DNA from: Candidatus Saccharimonadota bacterium
Lineage (GTDB): Bacteria; Patescibacteriota; Gracilibacteria; UBA4473
Direction of reading: 5' to 3'
NCBI GenBank assembly: GCA_965228485.1
Contig: OZ245819.1
Location: 1,170,001 to 1,202,000 of the forward strand
Length of the DNA stretch: 32,000 bases
Both the position numbers and the translations under genes were made by a program. This document shows, one piece after another, positions 31,101 through 32,000 of this stretch (within the stretch, counting starts at the first letter, position 1; the number at the start of each line of letters is the position of its first letter). The notes beneath the pieces were generated by a model. The model worked only from the letters and a program-made list of their open reading frames with translations. It made no database searches and had not been told where the DNA came from.

Positions 31101-32000
31101 ATGCCAAAAGTTACGAAAAAACTCAACCTTCCGGCTAAACTAAAGCCAATGAAAACTGAAAACGGTCGGTGTTTTTACACGAGCGAAGTTGGAGATAATT
31201 TTCCATTTCCAAACCTTATTGAAGTTCAGTTGAAATCTTATCAATGGTTTTTACAAGAGGGAATCCAAGAACTCTTGGACGAAATTAATCCTATCGAGGA
31301 TGCGACGGGGAAAAAACTTCGCCTAGAAATTCTTTCTCACGAAGTAGAAGAACCAAAACATGATATTGATTTTTGTAAGCAGAAAGGTCTTACTTACGAA
31401 GCTTCAATTCGTGCTCACGTAGCGCTAACGAATCTAGAAACTGGGGAAATTAAAGAACAAGATGTTTACTTTGGACAAGTTCCACTGATTACTTCTATTG
31501 GGACTTTTATCATCAATGGTATTGAACGGGTGATCGTTTCTCAGATTGTGAGAAGCCCTGGGATTTTCTTTGCGCCTAATACAGCTCTACCAGGAGCTGT
31601 AACGGGAAAAATGATTCCAAAACGAGGAGCTTGGCTAGAAATTGAAAGTGATAAACGAGGTTTGATCTGGGTGAAAGTTGATCGAAAACGAAAAATCCCA
31701 GTGACTATGTTCTTGAGAGCTTTTGGATATGAATCGAATAAAGAGATTCTAGACCTTTTCAAAGATGTGATTGAAAGTGAAACTGAAAATCCAATCCTAA
31801 AAACATTGGAGAAAGATGAGTCAGAAGATGCAAAAGGAGCTTGGCAAGGAGTATATAAACGAATTCGACCAGGAGATTTGGCAACACCTGACAATGCTAA
31901 AGCTTTCTTGGATTCAATGTTTTTTGATTTCAAAAAATATGACCTTGGGCCGATTGCTCGATATAAAATTAATAATCGATTTGGTCTAAAAACCGAAGAT
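31101..32000 (+). CDS. rpoB: DNA-directed RNA polymerase beta subunit, 3'-partial (first 300 codons)
   Basis: My translation from the ATG at 31101 gives MPKVTKKLNLPAKLKPMKTENGRCFYTSEV...NLIEVQLKSYQWFL...GTFIINGIERVIVSQIVRSPGIFF. The frame is open to the window end. The track shows only the antisense shadow ORF 31541..31933. Confidence 0.9.
   Translation, partial: MPKVTKKLNLPAKLKPMKTENGRCFYTSEVGDNFPFPNLIEVQLKSYQWFLQEGIQELLDEINPIEDATGKKLRLEILSHEVEEPKHDIDFCKQKGLTYEASIRAHVALTNLETGEIKEQDVYFGQVPLITSIGTFIINGIERVIVSQIVRSPGIFFAPNTALPGAVTGKMIPKRGAWLEIESDKRGLIWVKVDRKRKIPVTMFLRAFGYESNKEILDLFKDVIESETENPILKTLEKDESEDAKGAWQGVYKRIRPGDLATPDNAKAFLDSMFFDFKKYDLGPIARYKINNRFGLKTED

Overview
This is a compact, low-GC bacterial segment (about 40% GC in hand-sampled core genes) that uses the standard genetic code. 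Short gaps, overlapping stop codons, an archaeal-type TIM, a class I aldolase and an SLH-anchored giant surface protein suggest a small-genome uncultivated lineage (CPR/Patescibacteria-like); this is a taxonomic guess only. Core genes recognised: a 5'-partial Upf1-like SF1 helicase, fda, tRNA-Gln(UUG), a short MGMT, archaeal-type tpiA, infC-rpmI-rplT, obg, a Wzy_C-like membrane protein, mraY, tRNA-Ser(GGA), and the 5' 900 nt of rpoB at the right edge. Accessory material sits directly downstream of both tRNA genes. After tRNA-Gln come a Cys-elbow alpha/beta hydrolase, a TetR regulator and a RibD_C-like reductase bracketed by about 85-bp direct repeats. After tRNA-Ser come an SDR oxidoreductase and a 10.6-kb gene for a 3534-aa surface protein with the order signal peptide, LamG-like, cadherin-like, Ig-like stalk, TSP3-like, SLH. 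That gene contains 10.4 apparently nucleotide-perfect 609-bp tandem repeats and is clearly more GC-rich than its neighbours. Just after it lies a decayed, internally deleted copy of the rpoB 5' end, 3.5 kb upstream of the real rpoB. A near-identical operator-like motif and leader precede both the hydrolase-TetR operon and the distant SDR gene. No transposase, integrase, reverse transcriptase, CRISPR array or recognisable defence gene was seen. The giant repeat adhesin locus and the rpoB relic are the most unusual content.
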